32,000 bases of DNA from the NCBI RefSeq assembly GCF_000406145.1, contig NZ_CM001976.1, positions 1,712,551 to 1,744,550 on the forward strand, in the 5' to 3' direction. Under the pieces are notes generated by a model. It saw nothing but the letters and a program-made list of their open reading frames with translations, had not been told where the DNA came from and ran no database searches. The DNA comes from Dickeya dadantii NCPPB 898. Lineage in GTDB: Bacteria; Pseudomonadota; Gammaproteobacteria; Enterobacterales; Enterobacteriaceae. Shown piece by piece: positions 8,623 through 17,859 of the stretch. A program made the translations under genes and the position numbers. Every line of letters starts with the position of its first letter. Position 1 is the stretch's first letter.

Positions 8623-9480
8623 ATGAAGCCGCAGCGACAGTCCGACGCGCACGGGTATGCGCAATGGCTGGCCGGGGCCGCGACGCGCTGCCTGATTGAG
8701 GAAGCGCGGCTCAGCCCTAAACCGGGGCTGGTCGACAGCCGCGGCAGCGGCGCGCATCAGGATTTGACGCTCGCGCTGATGGAACGCTCCGCCCACAGCC
8801 TGACCGCCACCTTTCATGCGCTGGCGCTTCAAAGCTGGCAGCGCCCGGCGGATGCCGCATTGCGTCAACTGGTCGGTCGGGTGGGGCGCGAAGGCGAACA
8901 GCGCATGCTGCTGGCGACCGATGGCGTGAATACCCACCGCGGCGCGATCTGGGCGCTGGGGCTGCTGGTCAGCGCGGCGGCGATGCTCGGCGGTGTCGGC
9001 ACCGCGCAGGCTATCGCGGACACGGCGGCGCGTCTTGCCCGCTTGACGGATAACGCCGCGCCGACGGTCTTTAGTAACGGACGGCGAGCGACGCAGCGTT
9101 ATCAGGTCCCCGGTGCGCGTGAAGAGGCGCAGCAGGGGTTCCCGCACATTACCCGGCTGGCGCTGCCGCAGTTGCTGCGCAGCCGCCAGCAGGGCGCCGG
9201 CGAGGACGATGCACGACTGGATGCGCTGATGAGCATTATGACTTCGCTGAGCGATACCTGCGTGCTGTCGCGCGCCGGGCTGGACGGGTTGGCGGCGATG
9301 CAACGCGGCGCGCGGGCGGTTCTGGCGGCCGGCGGCGTGTCTCGTCCCGCCGGTCGGCAGGCGCTGGAACAACTGGATACGCGCATGCTGACGCTAAATG
9401 CGTCACCGGGCGGTGCGGCCGATCTGCTGGCCGCCACGCTATTGCTCGATGGTATCGCACAGCCATCTTTATACGATTAA
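8623..9480 (+). CDS. mdcB: triphosphoribosyl-dephospho-CoA synthase
   Basis: The ATG directly abuts the mdcA stop. The 285-aa protein is CitG/MdcB-like (KPGLVD...[14 protein letters not shown]). Its operon position matches mdcB. Confidence 0.85.
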   Translation: MKPQRQSDAHGYAQWLAGAATRCLIEEARLSPKPGLVDSRGSGAHQDLTLALMERSAHSLTATFHALALQSWQRPADAALRQLVGRVGREGEQRMLLATDGVNTHRGAIWALGLLVSAAAMLGGVGTAQAIADTAARLARLTDNAAPTVFSNGRRATQRYQVPGAREEAQQGFPHITRLALPQLLRSRQQGAGEDDARLDALMSIMTSLSDTCVLSRAGLDGLAAMQRGARAVLAAGGVSRPAGRQALEQLDTRMLTLNASPGGAADLLAATLLLDGIAQPSLYD

Positions 9481-9489
9481 GAGGGTGTT

Positions 9490-9789
9490 ATGGAACACAT
9501 TACATTGTCATTCCCGGCTACCCGCACGGCCAGCGGCAACGCGCTGGCGGGTGTGGTGGGATCCGGTGATATGGAAGTGCTGTTGACGGTCGACGCCGGA
9601 CAGACGCTCACCATCGACATCACCACCTCGGTGGAGAACAGCCGGGCGCGCTGGCAGGCGTTGTTCGACCGGCTAAGTTCGCTCGGCGGCCTGCCTGCCG
9701 GCGCCATGACGATTCATGATTTTGGCGCTACGCCCGGTGTGGCGCGCATCCGTATCGAACAGGTTTTTGAAGGGGTGAATCATGCGTGA
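9490..9789 (+). CDS. mdcC: malonate decarboxylase acyl carrier protein (delta subunit)
   Basis: The protein is 99 aa, with VGSGDMEVL around the prosthetic-group serine region. It sits between mdcB and mdcD. Confidence 0.85.
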   Translation: MEHITLSFPATRTASGNALAGVVGSGDMEVLLTVDAGQTLTIDITTSVENSRARWQALFDRLSSLGGLPAGAMTIHDFGATPGVARIRIEQVFEGVNHA

Positions 9790-10615
9790 CGATCACAGTT
9801 TTATCGAACTTAAAGCACGGGAACGCGCCCGCGCGCTGCTGGATGAGGGCAGCTACCGCGAATTGCTCGACCCATTTGACGGCATCGTCTCGCCGTGGCT
9901 GGGGCCGCAGGGCATCGTGGTGCAGTCGGACGACGGCATGGTGGTGGCGAAGGGCACGTTGCAGGGCAAACCGACGGTGGTGATCGCCATTGAAGGCGCG
10001 TTTCAGGGCGGCAGCATGGGGGAAGTCTCCGGCGCCAAGATGGCCGCCGCGCTGGAGCTGGCCGCAGACGACCAGCGTAACGGTATTCCGACGCAGGCGA
10101 TTCTGTGCCTGGAAACCGGCGGCGTGCGCTTGCAGGAGGCCAATCTGGGGCTGGCGGCGATCGCCGATATTCACGCGGCTATCGTCGACCTGCGCCGTTA
10201 CACGCCGGTGATCGGCATCATCGCCGGGACGGTGGGCTGCTTTGGCGGTATGTCGATCGCCGCCGCGCTGTGCAGCCATCTGATCGTCACCCGCGAGGCG
10301 CGCCTCGGGCTCAACGGCCCGCAGGTGATCGAACAGGAAGCGGGGGTTGCCGAGTATGACTCGCGTGACCGCCCCTTTATCTGGAGCATGACCGGCGGGG
10401 AAATCCGTCACCGTAGCGGCCTGGCCGATAGTCTGGTGGCCGACGGCGTTAACGCGGTCAAACAGGCGGTGAATGACGCGCTCGCCAGCGGCGTACCGGC
10501 GCAACACCGTTCGGATAACTATGCGTGGTATCTGGCGCGGTTAACCGGCGCCGATACGCGTCAACAGGCCGATACGCAACAGATCCAACAGCTTTTCGGG
10601 GAGGTACACCCATGA
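9782..10615 (+). CDS. mdcD: malonate decarboxylase beta subunit (carboxyltransferase)
   Basis: The 277-aa protein has an acetyl-CoA carboxylase beta-like carboxyltransferase pattern (GGSMGEVSGAK...GGVRLQEAN). It overlaps mdcC by 8 nt. Confidence 0.85.
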   Translation: MRDDHSFIELKARERARALLDEGSYRELLDPFDGIVSPWLGPQGIVVQSDDGMVVAKGTLQGKPTVVIAIEGAFQGGSMGEVSGAKMAAALELAADDQRNGIPTQAILCLETGGVRLQEANLGLAAIADIHAAIVDLRRYTPVIGIIAGTVGCFGGMSIAAALCSHLIVTREARLGLNGPQVIEQEAGVAEYDSRDRPFIWSMTGGEIRHRSGLADSLVADGVNAVKQAVNDALASGVPAQHRSDNYAWYLARLTGADTRQQADTQQIQQLFGEVHP

Positions 10616-11412
10616 GTCAGGTAGCACATCGCGGCGCATTGTGGCTGGACGCGCTGGCACCCGGGAAACCACAGCTGACCGGGCTGTGCCCGTCGGTACA
10701 GGCGGCTGATGGCGACATCGCCGGCGAAGCGGTCCGTTTTATTGCCGTTGTCCCTGACGCGGCTAACCACTACCCACGCGCCGCAAAGGGCGAAGTGGGG
10801 CTGCTGGAGGGATGGACGCTGGCGAAAGTGGTGCATGAGACCATTGCAGCGGACCGCCACAGCGACAAAAAACGGCCGATTGTGGCGGTGATCGACGTGC
10901 CCAGTCAGGCGTATGGCCGCCGGGAAGAAGCCTTCGGCATCCATCAGGCGCTGGCGGCGGCGGCGGGGGCTTACGCCCAGGCGCGCCTCGCCGGGCACCC
11001 GGTCATCGGGCTGATCGTCGGCAAGGCGATGTCCGGCGCGTTTCTGGCCCACGGCTATCAGGCCAATCGGCTGATCGCTTTCAATGACCCGGAGGTACAG
11101 ATTCACGCGATGGGCAAAGCGTCGGCGGCGCGCATCACGCTCAGAAGCGTGGAAGAGCTGGAAAAACTGGCGGCCGCCATCCCGCCGATGGCGTATGACA
11201 TTCGCAACTACGCCACGCTGGGGTTGCTGTCGGCGTTGCTGGATATCAGCAATCCGGATGCGCCGTCCGCCAACGATGTGGCGCAGGTGACCGATGCGTT
11301 ACAGCAGGCGATAACCGACGCCCGCCGCGACCCGTCGCTGAAAACGCGACTGGGGGCGGACAACCGGCGCAGTTCTTCGCGGGTACGTGAGCGGATGCGC
11401 GCGCAGTGGTAA
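10612..11412 (+). CDS. mdcE: malonate decarboxylase gamma subunit
   Basis: The internal ATG at 10612 overlaps the mdcD stop (ATGA). The 29-codon upstream extension of the ORF lies entirely inside mdcD. The carboxyltransferase alpha-like sequence and operon position fit mdcE. Confidence 0.8.
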   Translation: MSQVAHRGALWLDALAPGKPQLTGLCPSVQAADGDIAGEAVRFIAVVPDAANHYPRAAKGEVGLLEGWTLAKVVHETIAADRHSDKKRPIVAVIDVPSQAYGRREEAFGIHQALAAAAGAYAQARLAGHPVIGLIVGKAMSGAFLAHGYQANRLIAFNDPEVQIHAMGKASAARITLRSVEELEKLAAAIPPMAYDIRNYATLGLLSALLDISNPDAPSANDVAQVTDALQQAITDARRDPSLKTRLGADNRRSSSRVRERMRAQW

Positions 11413-11443
11413 GCCGCGTTCGAGGGCAAACCGCAACCAGCGG

Positions 11444-11477
11444 GTAGCCATAACTCGCGGAGTAGCCATAACTCGCG
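11444..11477. repeat. two tandem copies of GTAGCCATAACTCGCG (18-bp period) in the mdcE-mdcF spacer
   Basis: Exact 16-nt copies lie at 11444-11459 and 11462-11477, separated by GA. Confidence 0.9.
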
Positions 11478-11530
11478 TATCAGTCGCCACTATGCGGTGG
11501 TCAGCCTGCTCGTCGATAAGGGCGGCGGCC

Positions 11531-11544
11531 ACCGATATATCGGT
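11531..11544. promoter_or_regulatory. perfect 14-bp palindrome ACCGATATATCGGT (candidate regulator site)
   Basis: I checked self-complementarity base by base. It lies 126 nt upstream of the mdcF ATG, in a spacer that is otherwise unexplained. Confidence 0.35.
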
Positions 11545-11578
11545 AAGCCAATAAAGAGACCTGCCGGAAAAGGGCAAC

Positions 11579-11609
11579 GGGCGTCATCGGGCGCCCGCAG
11601 ACGCCCTTT
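11579..11609 (+). terminator. intra-operon hairpin (candidate attenuator/partial terminator)
   Basis: GGGCGTC-N14-GACGCCC is a 7-bp GC stem followed by TTT. It sits between mdcE and mdcF. Confidence 0.35.
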
Positions 11610-11669
11610 GCCTGAAAACTATAACCATCGCGCTGGAACTCATACTCTTTTATTACAGGTGAATACGAT

Positions 11670-12629
11670 ATGACTTATGTAATTGTTCATGCACTTGCGC
11701 CGATTTTTATCATCATGCTGCTGGGGTTCTGGGCAGGCAAAGCCAAAATGGTGGATAACAAGAACGTTGCGCTGCTCAATATTTTCGTCATGGATTTTGC
11801 GCTGCCGGCGGCGCTGTTCAGCGCCACGGTGCAAACACCCTGGTCCGGCATTGTCCAGCAGTCTCCGCTGATCGTGGTGCTGACGCTGGCGATGTGGATA
11901 ACCTATGCGGCCATCTATTTTCTGGCCGTTAAGGTGTTCCATAAAACGCCGCAGGACGCAGCCGTGCTGACGCTCACCGTGGCGCTGCCCAATTACGCGG
12001 CGCTCGGCCTGCCGATTCTCGGCAGCGTGCTGGGTGACGGTTCGGCCACGTCGCTGTCGGTGGCGGTGTCTATCGCCTGTGGTTCGGTGCTGATGACGCC
12101 GTTCTGCCTGCTGATTCTGGAACGTGAAAAGGCGCGTGCCTCCGGCGGCAGTCAGACCTCCACGCTGGCGATGCTGCCGGTGCTGATGTGGCGCTCGCTG
12201 AAAAAGCCGATCGTGCTGGGGCCGTTGCTGGGCGTGGTATTGTCCGCCATTGGTATCCGCATGCCGGAATTGCTGCTGGCGTCGATCAAGCCGCTGGGGT
12301 TATCCGCTACCGCCACCGCGCTGTTCCTGACCGGGGTGATCCTCTCGGCGCGTCAGCTGAAAATCAACCTGGTGGTCACTACCGCGGTACTGACCAAGCT
12401 GCTGATTCAGCCGGCGCTGGCGTGGGCGGTGGTACTGGTGTTGGGACTGCACGGTTCGGTGGCGATCACCGCGATTCTGATGATTGCGCTGTCCGCCGGC
12501 TTTTTCGGTGTGGTGTTCGGTAACCGGTTTGGCGTGCAGTCGCCGGATGCGGAAGCGGTGCTGCTGTTAAGCTCGGTACTCTGTATCCTGTCGCTGCCGC
12601 TATTTATTACGTTAACGTCAGGAATTTGA
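11670..12629 (+). CDS. mdcF: AEC-family (auxin efflux carrier-like) membrane transporter, putative malonate carrier
   Basis: The 319-aa polytopic membrane protein occupies the mdcF position of the Klebsiella-type gene order mdcABCDEFGH. Confidence 0.8.
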   Translation: MTYVIVHALAPIFIIMLLGFWAGKAKMVDNKNVALLNIFVMDFALPAALFSATVQTPWSGIVQQSPLIVVLTLAMWITYAAIYFLAVKVFHKTPQDAAVLTLTVALPNYAALGLPILGSVLGDGSATSLSVAVSIACGSVLMTPFCLLILEREKARASGGSQTSTLAMLPVLMWRSLKKPIVLGPLLGVVLSAIGIRMPELLLASIKPLGLSATATALFLTGVILSARQLKINLVVTTAVLTKLLIQPALAWAVVLVLGLHGSVAITAILMIALSAGFFGVVFGNRFGVQSPDAEAVLLLSSVLCILSLPLFITLTSGI

Positions 12630-12650
12630 ACAACATCAGGAGTTTGAATC

Positions 12651-13268
12651 ATGGTAACGACACGTCCGCACGATCTGTTATGGCTGACGTCCCGCGAGGC
12701 GCTGGAAGGTATCGATGCGCCCTGGGTGGACAGCCAGTGGCGGCCGGCTCTGCCGGTGGTAGTGCGGCGTGACGTTGACCCGGCCGGGCGCATTCCGGTC
12801 GGGGTGCGCGGCCTGCGCCGCGACCAGCGTGCCGCCGGGTGGGTGACGGCAGAGAGCATGGTTCGGGTGGTGACGCCGGAGATGCTGTGCGATCTGCCGT
12901 CGCTGTTGCATTCGCCGTTTGTGTCGCAACCGCCGGTGCAGGTCGCCATTCAACTGGCGCAGCAGCACTGGCCGTGGCAGTGGGGCATCACCGGCGGCAC
13001 GGGATACGCGCTGGCGACCCAGATGCCGGTGCTGCATGCCGACAGCGATCTGGATGTGCTGATTCGCGCGCCTCAGGCGCTGGACCGCGACGCGCTGGCG
13101 GACTGGCAACGCCAGCTATCGTCGTCGCGGCTGTGTCGGGCCGATACGCAAGTGGAAACGCCCCACGGCGGTTTCGCGCTGGCCGAATGGCTGAGAGACG
13201 GACAGGCGCTGTTGAAAACCGACCGCGGGCCGCGACGGGTAAGCGATCCGTGGTCAATGGAGAGGTGA
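12651..13268 (+). CDS. mdcG: phosphoribosyl-dephospho-CoA transferase (holo-ACP synthase)
   Basis: The protein is 205 aa and contains a DSDLD nucleotidyltransferase-like acidic motif. A CAGGAG RBS is present and the operon position fits mdcG. Confidence 0.8.
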   Translation: MVTTRPHDLLWLTSREALEGIDAPWVDSQWRPALPVVVRRDVDPAGRIPVGVRGLRRDQRAAGWVTAESMVRVVTPEMLCDLPSLLHSPFVSQPPVQVAIQLAQQHWPWQWGITGGTGYALATQMPVLHADSDLDVLIRAPQALDRDALADWQRQLSSSRLCRADTQVETPHGGFALAEWLRDGQALLKTDRGPRRVSDPWSMER

Positions 13269-13269
13269 G

Positions 13270-14178
13270 ATGAAGATTCTGTTTACCTTCCCCGGACAGG
13301 GGGCGCAGCATGTCGGCATGCTGCGACAGCTTCCGTCCGATACCGCCGTACTGGATGAAGCGCGAGCGGTGTTGGGCGACGAGGTTCACCAGCTCGATAG
13401 CCCGCAGGCGCTGCGCCATACCCGCGCGGTACAGCTGTGCCTGCTGATAACGGGCGTGGCCTGGGCCAGAGCGCTGATGGAACGCGGCGTGATGCCGGAC
13501 ATGGTCAGCGGCTTGTCGATTGGCGCATTTCCGGCGGCGGTGACCGCCGGCGTGCTCCGTTTTGACGACGCGCTGCGGCTGGTGGCGTTGCGCGGCGACC
13601 TGATGGAACAGGCTTATCCGCAGGGATATGGCCTCACCGCCATCATGGGGTTGAGTCAGGCCGAGGTGGAGACGTTGCTGGTCGACAGCGGTGCGTATCT
13701 CGCTAACCTGAACGCCGAGCGGCAAATCGTGATCGCGGGCAGCGACGAGTGCATGGCGCGGGTGGCGCAACGGGCGTTGCAACGCGGCGCCAGCCGGGCG
13801 CAACGGTTGCAGATTAGCGTGCCGTCGCACTGTGCGTTGCTGGATGCGCCTGCCAGACAGCTGGCGGCGGCGTTTGCTTCGCTGTCGCTGTCGCCTCCGC
13901 AATGCGGCTACCTGAGCGGCAGTTCCGCCCGGGCAATCTGGCAACCGGAACGCATCGCGGACGACCTGGCGCTAAACATGGCGCGCACCGTGCGCTGGCA
14001 CGAGGCGATGGTGGCGGCTGAAGAGCGCGATGTTCGGCTGGCGATTGAGATGCCGCCGGGCGGCGTGTTGACCTGCCTGGCGAAGCAGGCGTTTAGTCGT
14101 GGCGAGGCGTTTTCGCTGGAACGCAGCGGTATCGATGTGGTGGTGCACCGCGCCGATCAGCTCAGGGCACAGCAGTAG
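13270..14178 (+). CDS. mdcH: malonyl-CoA:ACP transacylase (epsilon subunit)
   Basis: FPGQGAQHVGM and GLSIGAF match the FabD-type acyltransferase GQG and G-x-S-x-G motifs. It is the last gene of the mdc operon. Confidence 0.9.
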   Translation: MKILFTFPGQGAQHVGMLRQLPSDTAVLDEARAVLGDEVHQLDSPQALRHTRAVQLCLLITGVAWARALMERGVMPDMVSGLSIGAFPAAVTAGVLRFDDALRLVALRGDLMEQAYPQGYGLTAIMGLSQAEVETLLVDSGAYLANLNAERQIVIAGSDECMARVAQRALQRGASRAQRLQISVPSHCALLDAPARQLAAAFASLSLSPPQCGYLSGSSARAIWQPERIADDLALNMARTVRWHEAMVAAEERDVRLAIEMPPGGVLTCLAKQAFSRGEAFSLERSGIDVVVHRADQLRAQQ

Positions 14179-15094
14179 CGTTGAGGCTGCGGGCGTACAT
14201 GCGGCCTTCCGCCACCAGCGCCAGCAGATTCGGGTCATGCTCGCGGTTGCGGGCGAACACAATGGCGATGAGCTGGCGCATCTGATAGGGCGGCGCCAGT
14301 TTCAGCAACTGCACATCGTTCTCGTACACTTTTTTCATCCGCTCGGGGATGAGGGTAAAACCGACGCCGGCCTGCACCAGACTCAGCATGGAGAAAATGT
14401 CGTCTACCCGCGTGACGATCTCCGGTTCGAACCCGGCGATGTGAAACGCCTCCTGAAAACCGGCATAGGTGGCGAACCCTTCGGACAGCGACACGAACCG
14501 CTGGTGGTGGAAGTCGCGCAGATCGGCCGGCTGGCGGGTATCCAGCTTCGCTGCGGCCGGCGCCGCCAGACAAATGTCATCCTCAAACAGCGGCAGGAAT
14601 TCCAGCTGGTTACGGTCGATAGTGTTGTCGGAAAGCGAGATGAGGATGGCGTCCAGTTGCTGGTCATCCAGCATGGCGAGCAGGCGCTGATTCGACCCCA
14701 TGGTCAAATCCAGCTCCAGATCCGGGCGGCGCAGCTTGACGCCCATAATCAGGCGCGGCACCGTTTCCAGCGTCAGCGAATACAGCGTGCCGATGCGCAA
14801 TCGCCCCTGACCGACCCCCGCGGTCTTGCGGGTTTCCTCCAGCCCACGCTCCATCAGCAGCATCGCTTCCTGACTGTATTCCAGCAGCGTATGCGCCGCC
14901 GGCAGCGCCACCAGATTGCGCCCTTTATGGATAAACAGCGGGCAGCGTACCCCTTCCTCCAGCGTATGCAACGCACGATGCACGCTGACGCCGCTGAGCC
15001 CGAGGAGTTCGGCGGTACGGGTGATATTCCCGGTTTCCATGAATGTTTTGAAAATCTCAAGCTTGCGGAACGTGATGTCGCCGTCTTTTAACAT
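14162..15094 (-). CDS. mdcR: LysR-family regulator of the malonate operon
   Basis: It has an N-terminal LysR HTH (ITFRKLEIFKTFMETGNITRTAELLGLSGVSVHRALHTLEE). It is convergent with mdcH, as in the Klebsiella locus. I chose the ATG at 15094 because it places the HTH at the usual distance from the N-terminus; the ORF extends to 15160. Confidence 0.8.
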   Translation of the reverse strand: MLKDGDITFRKLEIFKTFMETGNITRTAELLGLSGVSVHRALHTLEEGVRCPLFIHKGRNLVALPAAHTLLEYSQEAMLLMERGLEETRKTAGVGQGRLRIGTLYSLTLETVPRLIMGVKLRRPDLELDLTMGSNQRLLAMLDDQQLDAILISLSDNTIDRNQLEFLPLFEDDICLAAPAAAKLDTRQPADLRDFHHQRFVSLSEGFATYAGFQEAFHIAGFEPEIVTRVDDIFSMLSLVQAGVGFTLIPERMKKVYENDVQLLKLAPPYQMRQLIAIVFARNREHDPNLLALVAEGRMYARSLNATAVP

Positions 15095-15283
15095 ATCGGA
15101 CTCAGTGCGTGATAGCGCGTGGATGTGAATGGGGTAACCGTCAGGGAATTGTACCCGCAAAGCGCGGAAAAAGGAGAATCGGGCGATGTTTCGCGTGATG
15201 CGCGGCGGCGGCTGGCGGCCATTTCACCGTTGCGGTCGCCAACTGCCGTAGAGTGAGGCCCGCCAAACGCGGGCCACACCCGG

Positions 15284-16111
15284 TCACTGCTGCGGTTTTC
15301 GCATTTTCGCGGCGCACTGCGCGATGATAAAAATCAGCGACTGGATAATCACGATGCACGGCCCGGTCGCGCCATCAAGGAAGTAGCTGAGCCAGGTGCC
15401 GAAAACCGACGAGAAGGTCGCGCTGGTCACCGCCACCAGCATCATAGCGCCGAAGCGTTTGCACAGTACAAACCCGGTAATGCCGGGGGTAATCAACATG
15501 GCGATCACCAAAATCACGCCGACCGCCTGCAACGCGGCGACGATGGTCAGCGACAGCAGCGTCAACAGACCATAATGCAGCAGTTTTACCGGCAGACCGC
15601 AGATTTGCGCCTGCGTGGGGTCAAAGCAGTACAACACCAGATCGCGCCATTTGATGATAACCACGGCTAGCACCAGCAGGCTGATTACCAGCGTTTGTTG
15701 CAGCTCGTAGCGGGTGATCCCCAGTACGTTGCCGAACAGGATATGGCTCAGGTGCTGTTCGGTATTGACGCGAGAAAACAGCACCAGACCGACGGCGAAC
15801 ATGCCGGAAAACAGAATCCCCATCACCGTGTCTTCTTTGATGCGGCAGCGTTCCTTCACGTAGCCGGTAGCCAGCGCGCAGAATAGACCGGAGGCGAACG
15901 CGCCGATCGCCAGCGGGATGCCCGCCAGCCAGGCCAGCACCACGCCGGGCAGCACGGCGTGAGAAACGGCGTCGCCCATCAGCGACCAGCCTTTGAGCAC
16001 CATAAAACAGGACAGCACCGCGCACACCATGCCGACCACGCCTGCCGCCAGCATAGCTTTGACCATGAACGGAAAGGCAAAGGGCTCGGCTAACAAGGTC
16101 AACCATTCCAT
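15284..16111 (-). CDS. yfeD: Mn/Fe chelate ABC transporter permease
   Basis: The polytopic protein has the ZnuB/SitD-type motif [17 protein letters not shown]. It is the fourth gene of the yfe/sit operon. Confidence 0.9.
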   Translation of the reverse strand: MEWLTLLAEPFAFPFMVKAMLAAGVVGMVCAVLSCFMVLKGWSLMGDAVSHAVLPGVVLAWLAGIPLAIGAFASGLFCALATGYVKERCRIKEDTVMGILFSGMFAVGLVLFSRVNTEQHLSHILFGNVLGITRYELQQTLVISLLVLAVVIIKWRDLVLYCFDPTQAQICGLPVKLLHYGLLTLLSLTIVAALQAVGVILVIAMLITPGITGFVLCKRFGAMMLVAVTSATFSSVFGTWLSYFLDGATGPCIVIIQSLIFIIAQCAAKMRKPQQ

Positions 16112-16112
16112 A

Positions 16113-16970
16113 TTATTTCCTCATCATTGCCAGGCGGCGTTGACGACGGGCGGCCAGCAACCCGTGGCGGGGCGCGAAAACAAACGCCAGCAGGAACATC
16201 AGCGTTTGCAATGAAACGATGATGCCGCCGGTGGCGCCGTTCAGGAAGAAACTCAGCCAGGCGCCCACCGCGCTGGTAACGGTGCCGAGCGCAATGGCGA
16301 TCAGCACCAGCCGCGGGAAGCGGTCGGTCAGCAGCCAGGCGGTGGCGCCCGGCGTAATCACCATAGCGATCACCAAAATGGCGCCCACCGTTTGCAGCGC
16401 GGCGACGGTGCAGGCGCTCAGCAGGGTGAAGAAGATGATTTTCAGCCGCAGCGGCGACAGGCCGATGGTTCTGGCGTGGATTTCGTCAAAAAAGGTGACG
16501 AACAGATCTTTCCAGATAAAGCACAACACGATGAGCGAAATGCCGATAATCAGCGCCACCTGCAGGATGTCTTCATCCGCAATGCCGAGAATATTGCCGA
16601 AAATAATCGACTGCACGTTCACCGCGGTCGGGTTTAGCGAGATGATCAACAGCCCGGCGGCAAAAAAGGTGGAGAAGATAAACCCGATCACCGCGTCTTC
16701 GCGGATGCGGGTCAGATGCCGGATGAAGGTCATGGCGAGCGCCGCCAGAATGCCGGCGAAAAATGCGCCGGCGGCGTAGGGCAGCCCCAGCGCATACGCC
16801 CCGGCCACGCCCGGCACCACCGAATGCGACAGCGCGTCGCCCATCAGCGACCAGCCTTTCAGCATCAGGTAGGCGGACAAAAAGGCACAGGTGCCGCCGA
16901 CCACGGCGCTTATCAGGATGGCTTTGACCATGTATTCATACTGGAAGGGCGCCAGCAACGCATCAATCAT
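16113..16970 (-). CDS. yfeC: Mn/Fe chelate ABC transporter permease
   Basis: [17 protein letters not shown]...[21 protein letters not shown] closely resembles my recollection of the Yersinia YfeC N-terminus. The ATG at 16970 overlaps the yfeB stop by 8 nt. Confidence 0.9.
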   Translation of the reverse strand: MIDALLAPFQYEYMVKAILISAVVGGTCAFLSAYLMLKGWSLMGDALSHSVVPGVAGAYALGLPYAAGAFFAGILAALAMTFIRHLTRIREDAVIGFIFSTFFAAGLLIISLNPTAVNVQSIIFGNILGIADEDILQVALIIGISLIVLCFIWKDLFVTFFDEIHARTIGLSPLRLKIIFFTLLSACTVAALQTVGAILVIAMVITPGATAWLLTDRFPRLVLIAIALGTVTSAVGAWLSFFLNGATGGIIVSLQTLMFLLAFVFAPRHGLLAARRQRRLAMMRK

Positions 16971-17859
16971 GGCGCTTATCCTCCTCATCCGCGGATGAGC
17001 GATGGGGCGGCGTCAGGCTGCCCTTGCCGTAAAAGACCGCCGGACGTTCGTCGTCCGTCAGCACCGTCAACTCGCGGGCATCGGCGTCCTGATGCAGTTG
17101 TTGCCCTGACAGGCGCAAATAACGCAGCACGCCGCCGAAGGTTTTTTCCAGATTCGGGTGGGTGAAGGTGCTTTCCGTCGGGCCTACCGCCAGCACGGTG
17201 CGGTTGATCAGCACCACCTGATCGCAAAACTCAGGCACGCTACCGAGGTTATGGGTGGAGACCAGAATCAGGTGGCCCTCTTCGCGCAGCGTTTTCAGCA
17301 GCTTGATAATCGCGTTTTCCGTCTGCACATCAACGCCGGTGAACGGCTCGTCCAGCAGGATGATTTGCGCCTGCTGCGCCAGCGCGCGCGCCAGAAACAC
17401 CCGCTTCTTTTGCCCGCCGGACAGTTCGCCGATCTGGCGTTGATGCAGATCCGCCATGCCAACGCGCTCCAGCGCTAGCGCCACCTGCTTTTTGTCTTCC
17501 GCTGACGGAATGCGAAACAGCGACATTTTGCCGTAGCGCCCCATCATCACCACATCCTCAACCAGCACCGGAAAGTTCCAGTCTACTTCCTCGGTCTGGG
17601 GCACATAGGCAATGAGATTGCTTTTCAGCGCCTGCCTGACGGGCAGACCGTTGAGCGACACGCTGCCGGTGGTGGGGCGGACGATGCCCATGATGCTTTT
17701 GAACAGCGTTGACTTTCCGCTGCCGTTGACCCCCACCAGCGCGCAAATAGTGCCGCCGTGGAGATGAAAACTGGCGTTATGGATGGCGGTGTGGCCGTTG
17801 TTGTAGGTGACCGTGATGTCCTGCACGGTCAGTTGTGCGTCTTCTGCGTGCCGGGTCAT
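16963..17859 (-). CDS. yfeB: Mn/Fe ABC transporter ATP-binding protein
   Basis: It has Walker [10 protein letters not shown], the signature LSGGQKKR and Walker B ILLDEP. It overlaps yfeA by 4 nt. Confidence 0.95.
   Translation of the reverse strand: MTRHAEDAQLTVQDITVTYNNGHTAIHNASFHLHGGTICALVGVNGSGKSTLFKSIMGIVRPTTGSVSLNGLPVRQALKSNLIAYVPQTEEVDWNFPVLVEDVVMMGRYGKMSLFRIPSAEDKKQVALALERVGMADLHQRQIGELSGGQKKRVFLARALAQQAQIILLDEPFTGVDVQTENAIIKLLKTLREEGHLILVSTHNLGSVPEFCDQVVLINRTVLAVGPTESTFTHPNLEKTFGGVLRYLRLSGQQLHQDADARELTVLTDDERPAVFYGKGSLTPPHRSSADEEDKRHD

Noticed and set aside
6985-9372. 795-aa ORF on the minus strand spanning all of mdcA and most of mdcB
   Set aside because: It is exactly antisense to two genes with strong family signatures. 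Its translation is Arg/Ala/Gly/Pro/His-rich low-complexity sequence typical of stop-codon-poor antisense frames in GC-rich DNA. It has no RBS and no recognisable motif.
10525-10611. N-terminal extensions in the ORF track: mdcE from 10525, MFS from 22030, TK-C from 25031, hydrolase to 27405, ADH to 28656, mdcR to 15160, yfeC to 16988 and the LysR gene to 21817
   Set aside because: Internal ATGs give family-typical N-termini, RBSs and stop/start overlaps with the upstream gene. The extensions lie inside neighbouring genes or in non-protein-like sequence.
14099-15091. 330-aa plus-strand ORF antisense to mdcR. Similar shadow ORFs occur at 9728-10507, 12988-13944, 25115-26026, 993-1535, 1863-2753, 2759-3511, 5650-6408 and 10561-11106.
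   Set aside because: Each lies opposite a confidently assigned gene. Each has an R/H/Q/G-rich, motif-free translation and no plausible start context. I treat them as compositional artefacts.
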